64,000 nt of DNA, taken from contig CM041465.1 of assembly GCA_023213395.1 (NCBI GenBank), forward strand, positions 78,685,741 through 78,749,740, read 5' to 3'. The DNA comes from Cycas panzhihuaensis (taxonomy: Eukaryota > Plantae > Cycadophyta). The notes under the pieces were generated by a model. That model did not search any database. It was not told the DNA's origin and saw only the letters and a list, made by a program, of their open reading frames with translations. Of the stretch, positions 1 to 14,043 are shown piece by piece (position 1 is the stretch's first letter; every line of letters begins with the position of its first letter). A program made the position numbers and the translations under genes.

Positions 1-1040
1 TCTAATAAGATTATTGATGAGACCAATACTATTGAGTATGTTGAGTGTGATGAACCTGTTATTATTATTGGATGTGGAGAATCTACTGATGATTATGATC
101 AAGCAATTCAAGATATCGAAGTTTCTTTACTCATTTCTACAAATGTTCTTGTTACTTTAAAGGAGATTGTATTTGAAGTTGAAAATTAATCAAATTTACT
201 TATATTTGCTAATGTTATTGATGATTCAAATTCAAGTAAAGTTCTTGTTTCAAATATTGATTCAGATTTGAGTATACAAGTTTTAAAAGATGATTATGAC
301 TACTCAAATAATGAGAAAGATTTGCAAGTTGATAAAAATAAACAAATTCTATTTGAGCCAGATCTAGGAGATATTTTTTATCCAAATTTTGATAAGAGAA
401 TGAAAAGATCTCAAATGATTCAGAATGATGAATCTAAAACAAAATACAAAGAAATTGAAGTAAAAGTTCATGAAATAGTTAATCTAAGACAGATACTACA
501 AGATCTACATCAAAATCAAAATGAACTTATAGAGATTTAGTATGATAATTAAGATATTGTATAGACAATGAAGAATCCAATTTTACAAAGAAGAATGAAA
601 CATATCAAGATCAAGCATCATTACTACATTCAAGAGTTGATACAATAAAGACAAATTGAAGACCAAGTTACAGATATCATTTTCAAGACATTTCTGAAGA
701 TCAAACGTTGCAAATCCAAAGTAATATCTATGTTCCCAAATGTGCATTATGAAGGAATGTTAAAATAGTTTGGTTTGCACTTCACAAGATAAAGTTATGA
801 TGCACATTTATGCAATTAATTTTATTATGACGTTGATATTTTGTGGTGAGTCCCATGCATAGCTAAGTTGTGTACTATAAATACACACTCAATGTATCAT
901 ATTGAGATATAATTGTAAAACATTTTTCTTATCGTTTAATCCAAGTTAAGGTACCTTCAAGGTGCCATTATGACCCTAGTGCTTCTTGTTTCTTTTGTGC
1001 CTTATTATTTTCTATCAATTTTATTGTTTTACATTTATCA
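1..1040 (+). mobile_element. Very decayed 3' end of an LTR element (acidic low-complexity ORF remnant, PPT-like tract, possible LTR ~758-1040)
   Basis: Broken Asp/Glu-rich frame (ORF 268-540); GAAGGAA followed by TGTTAAA at ~758; TATAAATA at ~877; ends ...TTATCA at 1040. No partner LTR in the window. Confidence 0.3.
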
Positions 1041-1079
1041 CTCTTTGAAGATAAGGATTCAAACTTGCATTATATTGGT

Positions 1080-1470
1080 GACATCAATCAAACATGGACA
1101 TGAGAAAAGGCAAACAAACAACTCTTTAATTTTTGAGTTGTAATCTCTAGTTGATCCTATTTGTTAAATTCACAATAGCTAGGTCAAACGCTTCCACCAT
1201 ATCATCTTTAGGTACATTGCGAGTGCACAACAATTCCTTGAACTACTTCCAAGAAGTGACTTTATTTCTCAACCCATTTTATATTTGGGTCTCAACTCCA
1301 TCCCACCATTTACTAACTTAATCCTTGAATTGGAAACAGGCAAGGGTAGGTCATCTTATTCTCATTAGAAATACAAAATGACTCAAAGTAGTCTTCCATA
1401 CTATTTATCGAATCATAAAAATCAAAGATTTTTCCTTATCCATTAAAAATTGGTAACTTGATAATTTTTA
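1080..1470 (-). pseudogene. Degenerate Ty3/Gypsy gag fragment
   Basis: Manual translation across frameshifts: KIIKLPIFNG..SMEDYFESFCISNENKMTY..KWWDGVE..VTSWK*FKELL, typical of retrotransposon Gag; several stops. Confidence 0.6.
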
Positions 1471-1970
1471 ATTGATGGAACTTTTCCAATAAAGTCATCT
1501 CATCCATGGGAGACCAATATTAAATATTTGGGGAAGAATGTGACTCGCACAGACTTCGATCCACTAGAGGTTTAGATGACTACTTTCCAAAATCAACTTT
1601 GACCTATGTCTCTTCCTTTTGCATTCTCTTTCTCCTTTGATGCACTTTAGTAATTGGAGGAACAGTCACATGGGGCTTGGAGGCTTTGTAAGGAGATTGT
1701 CCTTCTTCTTTAAGTTGACGAATCTCTAGTTTGTGAACTGCCTCTTGACTTCTTCATCCTTGAGATGCTTCCTAATTCTACAACATTATTATTGGGAGTG
1801 CATTCATTGTCAACGATTAGCTAGACATATTGGCCACACTTTTCTCACATGTAGTTACCCTATCTTTATATAAGATCAACATCCTTTTATGATGCTTTGA
1901 AAAAGTTTTGCCTCTTTCCATTCTTCTTAGTTGTACACCAATTCACCCAAAACCAGGCCTTGCTATTGAA

Positions 1971-3233
1971 TGTAAACAATATAAAAGTCTTATGTTGCTG
2001 AGATTTTTTGCTAATTAAATCTAAACTTCATAAAATGTTATTGCCAAATCCACAATTTCATAGATAATAATAATTCTCCATTCAATATTCGATAATACAT
2101 AACAAATGTATTTTCAAGAGAGCAGATACTAGAATAGAAAATGCAAAAAAATCTTGATGAGAGTATCTAAGAGTGAACAAGTAGGAAGCCGCCAAAGAGA
2201 GACAAACAATACCATTGTTGAGGACAAGAATAAAATCACTTCCACAACAAACTACCTTGCGTCCAAACTATAGCCACAAGTGAGCCACTCGCTAACCATC
2301 TCACCTTGTTATCATTAATTTCATAAGTAAATCTACTAAACACACCAATTTTGTTGTTGGACTTGTCTAAATGCATTAATGCCACCCAACAATATTACAT
2401 GCAATAGCTTTCACAAGTGGGTTACATGCAGTAGCCTTGCTACACATAATAGCTTCCACATATGGACTACACACAATATACTTCTCTAGGTGGAATCCTT
2501 TCGCTTATTTTGGGGTAGCTCTTTTTACAAGCTCATCTATAGAAGCAAATATCAAAGAACTCATGTTCAACGATTGCCATCCGTCTTGATTCAATTCTTC
2601 TTTAATATTACATGAAATAACCACATGAAGATCACTAGAAATGCAGTGAAAAGTCATTATTGAAGTAAAGAGTCAAGAGTTGTGTCTTGAGGGTCTTATA
2701 AATAACCCATTTCATAAGTCATGATTTTCTCCATTAGACATAGTTTCTTTTACACAACTAAGTTCAATGTTACAATAGTAATACATGGTCCCACTTATGA
2801 TTATAATAAAAATACATAAATTTTTTGGTATGTTACATTATGTCCTCACACTACAATGCCCATCCATGTGGTCGTATTCTTATAGACCAAGTATAAGAAT
2901 AGTGTCTAGGTCTCATTTTTGGAAACAAATGCAATCCCAACAAATGATAATTATCCTCCTCAAGTGCTCTAAGATCGTTTCATCATTAGGTCCACCAATG
3001 TCAGCATATTTATGATCCACCAATGTGAACTTTTACATAGGTCCACTAGTGTGAACTCCATTGTGGTCCACCGATGTGAGCTCACATAGTCCTTTACTTT
3101 CATTAAGTGGATTTATTGATCCCCCCATGAGGGAAGCACATTGTCAAGTAGTATAGATAGCTTTAAGGCATATGTTACCATATAGAATCACCTTTAAAAT
3201 ATATAACGAGTTATCATAATTTAGAGATCAACA
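1971..3233 (-). repeat. Probable 5' LTR of the gag-bearing Gypsy relic
   Basis: Starts TGTAAACA next to a degenerate PBS-like sequence upstream of gag; contains short tandem repeats; right boundary (...GATCAACA) tentative. Confidence 0.35.
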
Positions 3234-6200
3234 TCTCAAAAGTGCCTTAACACTCCTCTACCAATGCAAAGTGAGTATAAGTCCACTATTGGGAACTATT
3301 CATCCTCTCCAGAATCACAAATTGTGAGAGACAAAACCATTATAAAACATTGACACAGGACACCCTGCATTCACATTCCTTTCTAGAATGGCCACCCATT
3401 CCAAGGCAACTTATGCTTGAGAGGCCACATGTGAAAATTGCCTTGTGAACTACTCTTTCCATGAACTCAATCCACTTTAGGTCTTGTGTACATAGCAAGG
3501 AGACTTATCATAAAATAGATGGGTTTGATGCCATGGGTTCATGTTTTCAAGTTTTGAGGTCTTTGTTTCAAGACGTCAAGTGTGATTATTTCATGCCCTA
3601 CGATCAGAAATGAACCATGGCCATGCAAGAACAATAGAATGAGTTATAACCATGACTGACATTATTCAATATTCCATGATATACGTTAAAGTCACTGCAC
3701 ATAGCACGATGTCAAAATAACTAAGTAATTTTCTTGCAAGTGTGAAGAAAATCATTTTTCTTCCTAGGATACATTAATAAATTTGCAACTATAACATTCC
3801 TATCTTTTCCATCTTTAGAGCTTTGCATGAAAGAAAAACACCTCCATTATATTTATTATGGAATTACAACTCATTTTTCTTCATGCACCATTTTCTTATG
3901 TTGCAGAACAGAAATCATCATGCACTCAATGGAATTGTATATTACACATGGGTTTTTTTCTATTTTAACTTTTATAAAACAGAAATAAACTATAAGTACA
4001 TGCAGCATTCACTTCATGCTTATGTTATCACTTATTATGGCACAAATTTAACAAGAATTATAAACCTTCTGCACATCTAGAATTGACCATAATTAGATTT
4101 CAAAATTTTCCTTCAATTTTCTGCAACAAAGGTTTTGTTCATCAAATTTCAGAATAGAATCAAATCTGAAATTACATTTAATATGCAAATTTCTGTTACG
4201 AACTGTAAACAGCAATTCTTTTCTAATTTCTATTAATATTTTTACTTAGAAATGTAATTTCCACCACTTGCATATCACACATACACCAATTATATTTGCT
4301 ATTTTATCATTCATTCTTATAAACATAAATGAAGGGTAAATGCATACTATTTTCAACAAACATCTGTGACACCCTTCAAATCTGATTTCTGCTATTAGAA
4401 CAGAGTTTTATCATTGATTTTCCCTGGTCATTTCTCATCATTCATTTATGTTTCTACTTACTCATCTTATTTAAAATTTCTATTCAACCTTGTTTAAGCC
4501 AGAAATTGGTTGTATGGCTAAAATTCTGTGTTAAACTATTTGTAGGCCCCTATATGCCTAAGGTACGGTACCGTATAGACTAGTTAACAACCATATGCTT
4601 GTAGCAAAGCCATACAGTTTACACAATGGCTCTAGGACATCATTTCTTCCCTTTGTTAATGTTTAGATTCAGTTTTTCTGAGATTTGTTCAATCCAAATC
4701 TAAAAATCAACTTGACAGAAGAAGAGAGGACAAACAACATGAATCTCACCTTTATTTCTGAGTGTAATCTTGAACATAGTTTTGGTACCTTGAATTTCTC
4801 CTTATGTAGATTTTGATGGCACCTTTAAAGAAATTCGATGAAATATTGGTGAGAAAATTTAACTTTTTCTAGCTCCTTGCTCCAGTAATATCTCCTTCCT
4901 CTAATGATGGCTTAGTGTTTTGAATTTCTCATTATGTAGTTATATAAAGGAGTTCTTCTCTTAGGAGATGTGTTTACTAAGAAGCTTGCTTCCTTATTAA
5001 CAAATGATAAGCTACCTCTTGTGCACTATTCTTTATAACCCCTTTGAAGCTTTTAACCTTAGCCACTTCTTCAATAATTGATATTAATAATTTAAAATTC
5101 CCTCTTTAAATCATTGAGGATTAGTTCAAGGGTGAAATTCCCTCTTGTAACATCCCCCCACCCCCACATTGGAGATATTGTTGTCCTCAATGTTTAGTGG
5201 TCTTTAATCCAAAAATGCCTATTTGACATATTATTTTGTGAATTTGGTTTTATTTCATGGTATAATGAATCAACATATATTAATAGGTAATATTTGAAAA
5301 AGGTGATATGAGCACCTCATTTTGCCATCTGTTTGGGATGGTTTCGAATGTTGCATTAATAATTAACAAGGTCTTTGGAATACATATTTGTCCACCATAA
5401 TTTTATATTGATCATTTTCATATTATTTTGTATGCTTCTTTATTTAGTTTTGCATACATCCTTAGCATTTTACCATTGGCTCTTAACAAACCTTCTTATA
5501 AGTTTCAATCTCTCTATATATATATAGAAAAAGAAGAAGATTGAAACTATATGGATTTTTATCCCCTTTTAGGAAGAAACACTTTTAAAACACTTCTTGT
5601 TAATATTGGTATTTCAAGACAATTTGGGGAAACGTACATTTCCCTCATATGCTATATATATATAGAAGAAGAAGAAGATTGAAACTATATGGATTTTTAT
5701 CCCCTTTTAGGAAGAAACACTTTTAAAACACTTCTTGTTAATATTGGTATTTCAAGACAATTTGGGGAAACGTACATTTCCCTCATATGCTAATAATATA
5801 TTTTGAGAGAAGGCCTCATTACTTCTTTTTTCTTGAAAATATACTCTTATCCTCCATTAATTTGTTCTAAATATATTTATTTTGATTATGCATAATAAAT
5901 CTTGAAATATTCATGTGGGGATGAATATTTATATGCTTTGTTTGTTATTCAAGAAATGCTTTGTATGGATTTATCAAAGGAGACATATGCAATTTTGAAA
6001 CATTTCCTCCCAGGTAAATAACCTTTTTATTCATACTCTCTTGTTTTCTATAATATTTTCCTGAATATTTATTCCTTATTGTACTTTCAACTATACAAGT
6101 GAATCATAAAAATCATACTAATCCCTAACAATTTCATAATCAAGATTTTTTTTGGCTTATAGTTGCTTGTAATCACTTGCAACTTATGGATATGATTTCA

Positions 6201-6710
6201 TCATTCATTCATTTTCAAACAATAGATCTTACACATATGACTACTCATCATAGTAAGATGTCTGGATGGTGTACAATATGTTTTTTCCCCTTACATACCA
6301 CACTTTTAAGGGTTAATTTTAAATATTTGTATATTTATCTTTTCATGATGATATTTTAGTTTGTACTTTTAATTAGAAAGGATTTCAATATTTTGTTTTC
6401 CATTTTCATACCTCAAGCTATTGAAATCTTGTTTTACTTGAGGTATTATATACTTTTAGTTTTGTTTGGCAATGTTTTATGGCACTCCCTTTTTCATGGA
6501 TGATTTCCTTTTGCCTCAAATTCTTTTTCCATATGCATGATTAGCAACCCTTGGTTATTGTAATCCCTTTACAAGCAACGCTAGTCATAGAAATATTTTG
6601 AGTGTTTATATCGATTACATTGCCACAAGAAACTTTTCAAAATGTATGATTTGCAATTAATGGGCATTTTTCTTTATATAATGTCCTCATATTTCAATCA
6701 TCATAAATAT
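3234..6710 (-). mobile_element. Old Gypsy relic: LTR-like 3234-5152, PPT 5153-5166, decayed internal region
   Basis: Minus strand reads TGGGGGTGGGGGGA then TGTTACA at 5152; HP(Q)TDG integrase-like remnant at ~5316-5342. Confidence 0.4.
5514..5792. repeat. 138-bp tandem duplication (2 copies)
   Basis: 5514-5651 and 5652-5789 are identical except GAAAAAGAAG vs GAAGAAGAAG; each unit starts at a (TA)6 run. Confidence 0.95.
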
Positions 6711-6810
6711 TGAAGAGAATGTTCAATACATTTAAAAATGTGTATTATGTGAGTGGTCATTGTAATTTTCTAGTGATATCACTTGATGAAGTATCTCTCA
6801 AATGATGTAC

Positions 6811-7286
6811 TGATGGAGGATGAATATCAGCCTGGTTTGGAACCCAGGTTCAAGACTCATAACATCCTCATTAACATGCATCCAATTGAAAAATAAAAGC
6901 AAAGATAAAACAATAAAGTGAAACCTTAACAGTTAATCTTGAATGCTCTAAATTATAACATATGTATTCCATTCATCCATGAAAGATTACAATACGTTAT
7001 AATATTGAGAATGCCTTGTACGTAAAACAAAATAGAGGCAGTTACAAAATATAGAAGGTGAATCAAAAAGACATGCAAAGGTATCAAATATACCTTGCAC
7101 TATTTTAATAATCTATGACACCTCCATATGAGCACAAAACAACACCTCACATTACTAGGTTCACAACATTAAGTTGTGACTTAACATTTTTATATGTAAT
7201 AAAGCCCTTATAACAAACATTTACATCATTTACATTAATCGATCAAAGATCAATGGATTAATGAAATAAACATTAATCTTCTATCA
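6811..7286 (-). repeat. 3' LTR of Copia A
   Basis: TGATGGAGGATGAAT...CTATCA; homologous to 13577-14043; abuts the PPT (minus strand AAGGGAGGG). Confidence 0.95.
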
Positions 7287-10200
7287 CCCTCCCTTAATGA
7301 TGATTTCATTAATCCAGACATCGAGGCCAAGGCGAAATCTTTTGAATTTGTCGAGAGAGAGTGCTTTTGTGAAGATATTTGCAATTTGTTCTTCGATAGG
7401 CTTGTAGATCAAATCAATCTCATCATCCTGTACATGTTCCCTAATGAAATGATGGTGAACCTCGATGTGTTTCATTCTAGTATGGAACACAAGATTCTTG
7501 GTCAATTTTAGAACACTCTGGTTATCGTAAAGCAAATATGTATCTTGTTTTTTATTGAGTCCAACCTCTTAAAGAATCCTCCTAAGCCAGATAGCCTCAA
7601 CAGTAGCACTAATGACAACTTTGTACTTAGCTTCAGTTGAAGAAAGTGTGACATTAGGCTGCTTTTTACAGGACCATGAAACTGAAGTTGAACCCAGGTT
7701 GAAACTGTAATTTGAAGTTGATCTATGGCTATCTTTACATCTAGCCCAATCTGCATTTGTATAAGCTATCAACAAAGGATTCTCCACATGATAATAATCA
7801 AGTCCAAACTAAAGAGTACCCTAGAGATATTTCAAGATCCTCATTGTTGCTTTCCAATATGAGACTTTGGATTGTGTCATGAATCTGGAATAGGTCCCAA
7901 TGGCATAGGAAATGTCTGAACGAGTATGCATGAGGTAAATGAGTTTCTCCACAGGCTATCTATACAATGTTGGATCCACAGGTTTTCCATGCTCATCAAT
8001 ATCTAATTTCAAACCTGTCTCCGTAGGAGTTGGTGATGGTTTACATTCATCCATCCTATATTTTTGAAGAATTTCCTTTACATATTTTAACTTTGAAAGG
8101 AAAGTATGACCTAGCTCCTACTAGACTTCCATGCCAAGAAAGTAATGGAGCAACTCGAAGTCAGTCATCTGAAAGATGCTCTACAGTTCTCCTTGGAGAT
8201 ATGAAATCCACTTTACATCATTGCCAGTTATCAACAAATCATCAACATAGAGTACGACCAGAGTGATCAACCGATTATGTATTCTAATGTATAAATTTAA
8301 ATTTGACAACGAGTGAATAAGTCCATGCTTCTGGAAATAATTATCAATCTTTGCGTATCAAGCACGAGGTGATTGTTTAAGGCCATAGAGCACCTTTTTA
8401 AGTTTACATACCATGTGTTCTTTTCCACGAACCATAAAGATGGGAGGCATATTTATATAGATTTCCTTCTGCAAGTTGCCATTTAGAAAGGTGCTTTTTA
8501 CATTCATTTGATATATAGGCCATTTACATTGAGCTACAAGTGCCACAACAAGCCTAACAGTGGTCATGTTGGCAACTGGTGCAAATGTGTCATCATAATC
8601 AATTCCTTCGACCTATTTGAAACCTTTAGCAACCAAATGGGATTTATGTTGCTGAATGGAGCCATCTTCATGAAATGTTGTTTTGAAAATACATTTACAA
8701 TCAATCAGTTTCTTCTTGTCAAGCAACTCAACAAGCTCCCAAGTATCATTTTGTAGAATCGAATCCATTTCATCAGTCATTGTTTCTTGCCATTTTGGAT
8801 TTGCAGAAACTTCCTCAAAAGTAGAGGGTTCAGGAGTTAATAATACTTCTGCCATTAAGGCGAAGTAAGTGGATGACCTGTATTTTGATTGTCTCTTTGC
8901 TTGTTGTGGTGGTGAAGGAGTGGAAGAGATCATCTACATATACCATTTAAGTAACTGTTTCAATGTAGCCTCATCCTGAATGTCCATTGAAGGACTGATG
9001 GGAGAATATGTCGAAGTAGAGGTAGGTGGAGCAGACATAGAACTAGGAGTAAATGTAGATGTTAGAGGTATATGTACTGGAGGTATATTTTGTGGATCAA
9101 GCAATGAAACTGGTGCTTTATCTGACCAATCATCAAAGAATGACATTTGATTAATATCATCATCCTGGTTCTCTTCTAAAAATATAACATTCCTAGATGT
9201 ATGCATTTGGTTGGTAGTAGGATGATATAATTTATATGCCTTATAGCCAGGTTGATAACTAATAAAAATACATTTCCTACTCTTATCATCCAACTTTTTT
9301 CTCTGTTCTTTTGGTGTAAGCATATACGCAGTACAACCAAAAGTACGCAAGTGTGAGACTATAGGATTTTGACCTGACTAGGCCTCCTCGAGAGTAATGT
9401 TCAACATGAACTTGGTAGGATTTTTGTTTGTAAGGTATGTAGTTGTATGAAGGACTTTAGCCCAAAATTGAAGTCCTAAACTCTTGGCGAAAAGCATGGC
9501 TTTGCCTTTGTTGACCAAGGTCCAATTCATTCGCTCAGCAACACCATTCTATTGAGAGGTATATGGGGCAAAAAACTGTCATTTGATGCCATTATCTTTA
9601 CAGAATTTGGTGAATTCATTGGATGTCTATTCATCTACATTATCACAATGAAGAATTTTTAATGGCTTTCTAAATTCAATTTCAGTGCCATAACTTAAAT
9701 TCTTTGAATTTGTCAAGGGCTTCTAATTTCTGCTTCATGAAATATACCCAGACTTTCCTAGAGTAATCATCAATAAAAGTGATAAAGTAGCAATAGCCTC
9801 CAATGGATGCCTAAGACATGCGCCCATAGATATCTGAATGTACTAGGCCTAAAAGTTCCTTGGCATGTCAGGCTCTCTTATTTGACCTAAAAGGAGCCTA
9901 ATGGTGTTTTCCCATTACATAGGCCTCACAAAAACATTTAGTCTCCTTGATGTTTGCTATGCCATGCACCATATTCAACTTATAAAGCAGATAAAGGCTA
10001 GCCATATTCAAGTGACCTAGGTGTTGATGTCATAACTGGTCTTTCAAAATCTTTGGACAAATATATGTCTATGAAGTAAATTGATCATCTAAATCTAGTG
10101 TCGAAGTAGAAGGATTAGGAACTAAAGTTGTATTGCTACAAGAACCAACTTCAAGTGTGTAGATCAATGGTCTAGTCACTACATCAAGTTTATAAAGTCC

Positions 10201-11629
10201 CTGATCTTCGTATCCTGAGGCAATTAAATTGCCATTCAGATCAGTCATTAGGCATTTTCCAATATGGCTAAGCAAAACATCAAACTTTTGTTTATTTACT
10301 TAGCTAACTCAAATCAAGTTATGTGTCATGCTAGGCACATAGAACACATTGTTAAGATGATGAGGTGTGTTCGAATTTTTCAATGAGATAGGAACGTTGC
10401 CAATTTTGGCAACCTCTAAAGTGCCATCATCTCCAAAGATGACAAATTGATCCCTAATCAATTTTGTATTAGTCAGAAGTTCTTCCAAACCCGTCATGTG
10501 TTGAGAAGAACCCAAATCGATCAATAAGAGATATCAAAATGATGTGATGACAAAGCAACAAGAAAAGGATCTTGAGAATCAACCATGTGGCCTCCCTGGT
10601 TTTGTCTCTAGTTGTGATTTCTATTTTGTTGATTTCTCTGAGGAGCATTCTAATTTTGCCTCCTCGATCCCTGGTAGTTTGGTTAATTCTATCTTTGAGG
10701 TCCCTGGTAATTTCCATGTCCACGGTCGATTACCACGCATAGCGAGGTGGTTCTAGCTGATTACTGAAGGTCAACTCTCGTTTTCCTATAGTCTAGTGCT
10801 ATGTGTCTAAGTTTGCCGCAATAGTGACAAATGACTTAAAAATTATAAGATGAACGAGGTTGACATGGTTGATTAGGCTGTTGATAAGGTTGTTGATAAG
10901 GCTGCTAGTTCAAATTCATTGAACCAAACTGATGTGTAAGTTGTGGACGTTGAGATCTTCCTCTATATCTAGTGGCAAATGCTAGTGTGGAAGATGAAGC
11001 TCCAAGATTCTCGGAACAGTTCAGAGTGCATTCTTCTTGGAGTAATGAACCCTCAAATGTGTTGAAATCAATGGTAACAAGTTAGCCTGTATGTGATAGA
11101 GTAGATATGAGAACATTATAACCAAGTGGCAAAGCATTAACAATGCTAGATACAAGATCACTGTCCAATGGTGGCTGGCCCATAACTGATAACTAATTTC
11201 TGATCACCTTAATCTGGGACAAGTGAGCTACTATGGATCCTGCAAACGAAAGGGAAAAACGTTGAGCTTTGAGTATCATTGCCCTGGCATTGTCCATCCT
11301 CTCGTAAAGTCCACAGATGATGTTCTAAGCTTCCGCAAAGGTAGTGGCTTGCTTTATATTTTGGTCGACATTATCCTCACAGGACAGGTGAAGAAAGGAA
11401 AGGGCAACTTCATCAAACTCGGCAAAGGTAGCTACTTCATCAGATCAGGTGGGATAATGTTATCAAGATCATTAGGATATCGAGTAGTAACTGGCTGAGA
11501 AATTTTTCCAGAAACATAAGGTCAAAGTTTGTTTATGATCAGAATATTCTTGACTTGTTTCTTCTAAGCCAAGAAGTTATCATTGCCAGATAGTTTAATG
11601 GTATTAGCTGTGATCATCTGAAGTGCCAT
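7284..11629 (-). pseudogene. Copia A gag-pol polyprotein (disrupted)
   Basis: Starts MALQMITANTIKLSGNDNF; protease IDLGSSQHMTG; integrase-end RTFGCTAY; RT QMNVKSTFLNG and LKKVLYGLKQSPRA; RNase H ADWARCKDSHRSTS and HIEVHHHFIRE; many stops and frameshifts. Confidence 0.95.
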
Positions 11630-13563
11630 AGTGTCTGTTACGTGTCATGTTCTACCTAAGAAAGGGTGATCTAAACTAGGATCTAAGTCTCAGTATCTCC
11701 ACTCCTAAGCAGCCCCTCGTAGTTGAGACAGTTTTACCTAATGGCATACCTGCTCATAAGTCGCAACTCCAAGACCCAATATACCGAAGGTACGCAGGCA
11801 CTACAGAAGGCTCTACTGCCCCTATGACACCATTGACCCACCTGTGCCAGATTTACGACCTGAATAATAAATCCCTATTTAAGGGCACTCTTCCAACCAA
11901 GGTAGGCACCCTCTCCGAGTCTAGCCTGGTCTCCAAACTCTAAAGTTTTGGGTATAACACCTCAACCTACCACTAATTACACTTGATAGCTAAAGGGAAT
12001 CTCTAATATCTATAGAATTCAAAAAGGACTAATAGCATGTGCGGAGTGGTAATTTCAGGGGTCCTAACCGTTCCCCTTGCAAAGTTGGTAATTGGGTGGT
12101 TCATTTGGTCTTTATCTTTTTTAATGTTTTTTATTAATTAAAAAAAAAAAAAATTAGTGATTAATAGATTTATTTTAATGTTTCTAAGCAAAAATATAGA
12201 AAAACCTTTTAAAACAAAAAACACTACGTGAAAAATAGACTAAAAAAGGCCTCAAAAGCTTAAAAAATGATAAAAAACCTATTAAAATGGTAACTTTAGG
12301 TTATGAAATATATTAAAAATAGAATATTCTAGGGATATGTTGAATTATATAACCTAAAGTTTTTCAAACTATATAAAAATTAAAATCAGGTGGCAGGATT
12401 TTGAAAAAACAAGGTAGTAATCAGGATGCAGAGGCTAAATTCTCTCTGCTAAGTCAATGAAATCTCAATCATCTTCTCTTCTACAAGGCAAACTCAGCTA
12501 GGATCAGTTTAAATGGTCATATGCTGCACTTTTGTCCATTTGATAGTTTGAAGGAATCAACTAAAGTTAACAGACAACTGTTAGTCCTCAAATCATTTAA
12601 AAACACATGAAATGGAGCATAAATTGAATATGTCCGCTTCTAGATCTTTGTATGAATGTTCTTGAACTTGTATCAGTCTTAGCCAAAATTTAAAAAATGC
12701 CTCAAAATGCCTTTACAGGAGAGTACAGACAATATAATTCTGCACAGGACCGTTGAAATCAATAAGTTGAGTTGCAGCTCCAAAAGAAGGGCCACGCAGG
12801 GCTAGAATACTTCAACAGAGAACCACATAGGGCACGCAGGGCATAGATAGTGAATGCAAGGCAATGGTAGACAAAGCAGGCCACGCAGGGCCGTATAAAA
12901 TCCACGCAGGGCTCATGCACACTCATGATGAGGTGTAGGGACTGGCAGTAACCTTAAAGCGCCATGCAGAGTGGTATTTAGCCAGTTCTTTATAGGGTTG
13001 TATGATATATGAAGCAAACAAAGGCCACGAGGGAATATATACTATAGTCCTAGACATATAAATCAATGGGAGAGAGAGCCAATAAAGAACATAGGCCAAA
13101 GCAATTCAATGGGAGGCAACACTGAATGTACGGGAGCTGCTTAGCTGCTTCTATGCTTAATAGTCGTAACATGGCTTAATAAAAAAATTAGCTAGCAAAT
13201 ATTAATACATCTCAATCTAGAGTTTAAGTAGCCATAAATTGAGCCTAGATTCAAATCATTTAATATGGCTCAACAGGAACAACAACCAACAGAGTTTTTA
13301 ATATAACAACTATGATAAAATGGGCCAAAAGAAGGACGTTCAATAATCCATAACAGCAGCCATAAAACATATTTCAAAATAATATTCTTTAAATCTCAGC
13401 CAGCAAATTAACTAAGAGAGGAACCAACAATTCTATCACTCTTTCAAGTTGCAAATCTTAATAGCATTCAACAATAGAATGCAACAATTAGATGCTGCAC
13501 CAAAGAGGATGGATTAACCAATGAACTCGCTAAAAAAACAATCAACAAACTTGGTAGAGACTA

Positions 13564-13575
13564 GCTCTGATACCA
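13564..13575 (-). promoter_or_regulatory. Primer-binding site (tRNA-iMet) of Copia A
   Basis: Reverse complement is TGGTATCAGAGC, 1 nt from the 5' LTR. Confidence 0.93.
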
Positions 13576-13576
13576 A

Positions 13577-14043
13577 TGATTGAGGATGAATGTTTGCCTA
13601 GTTTAGAACTCAAGTTCAAGACACATAACATCCTTATTAACATGCATCCAACTGAAAAATAAAAGCAAAGATAAAACATTAAAGCGAAAGCTTAAAAATT
13701 AATCTTGAATGCTCCAAATCATAAAGTATGTATTCCATTCATCCGTGAAAGATTACAATACATTATAATATTGAGAATGCCTCATACATAAGACAAAATG
13801 GAGGCAGTTACAAAATATGGAAGGTGAATTGAAAAGACATGCAAAGGTGTCAAATATACATTGCATTATTTTAATAATCTATGAAACCTCCATATGAGGA
13901 TAAAACAACACCTCACATTACTAGGTTCATAACATTAAGTTGTGATTTAATTTTTTTACATGTAATAAATCCCTCATAACAAACATTTATATTAATGGAT
14001 CAAAGATCAATGGATTAATGAAATAATCATTAATATTCTATCA
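13577..14043 (-). repeat. 5' LTR of Copia A
   Basis: TGATTGAGGATGAAT...CTATCA, followed by TSD TGTAC. Confidence 0.95.

Larger units (their letters stand above)
6811..14043 (-). mobile_element. Ty1/Copia LTR retrotransposon A, full length, decayed
   Basis: LTRs 6811-7286 and 13577-14043 (TG...CA); TSD TGTAC at 6806-6810 and 14044-14048; PBS; PPT 7287-7296; Copia order gag-PR-INT-RT-RH. Confidence 0.96.

Noticed and set aside
11640-12100. Hammerhead ribozyme or tRNA within the structured leaders
   Set aside because: I could not find a CUGANGA...GAAA core with matching stems or a cloverleaf by eye; an Rfam scan would settle it.
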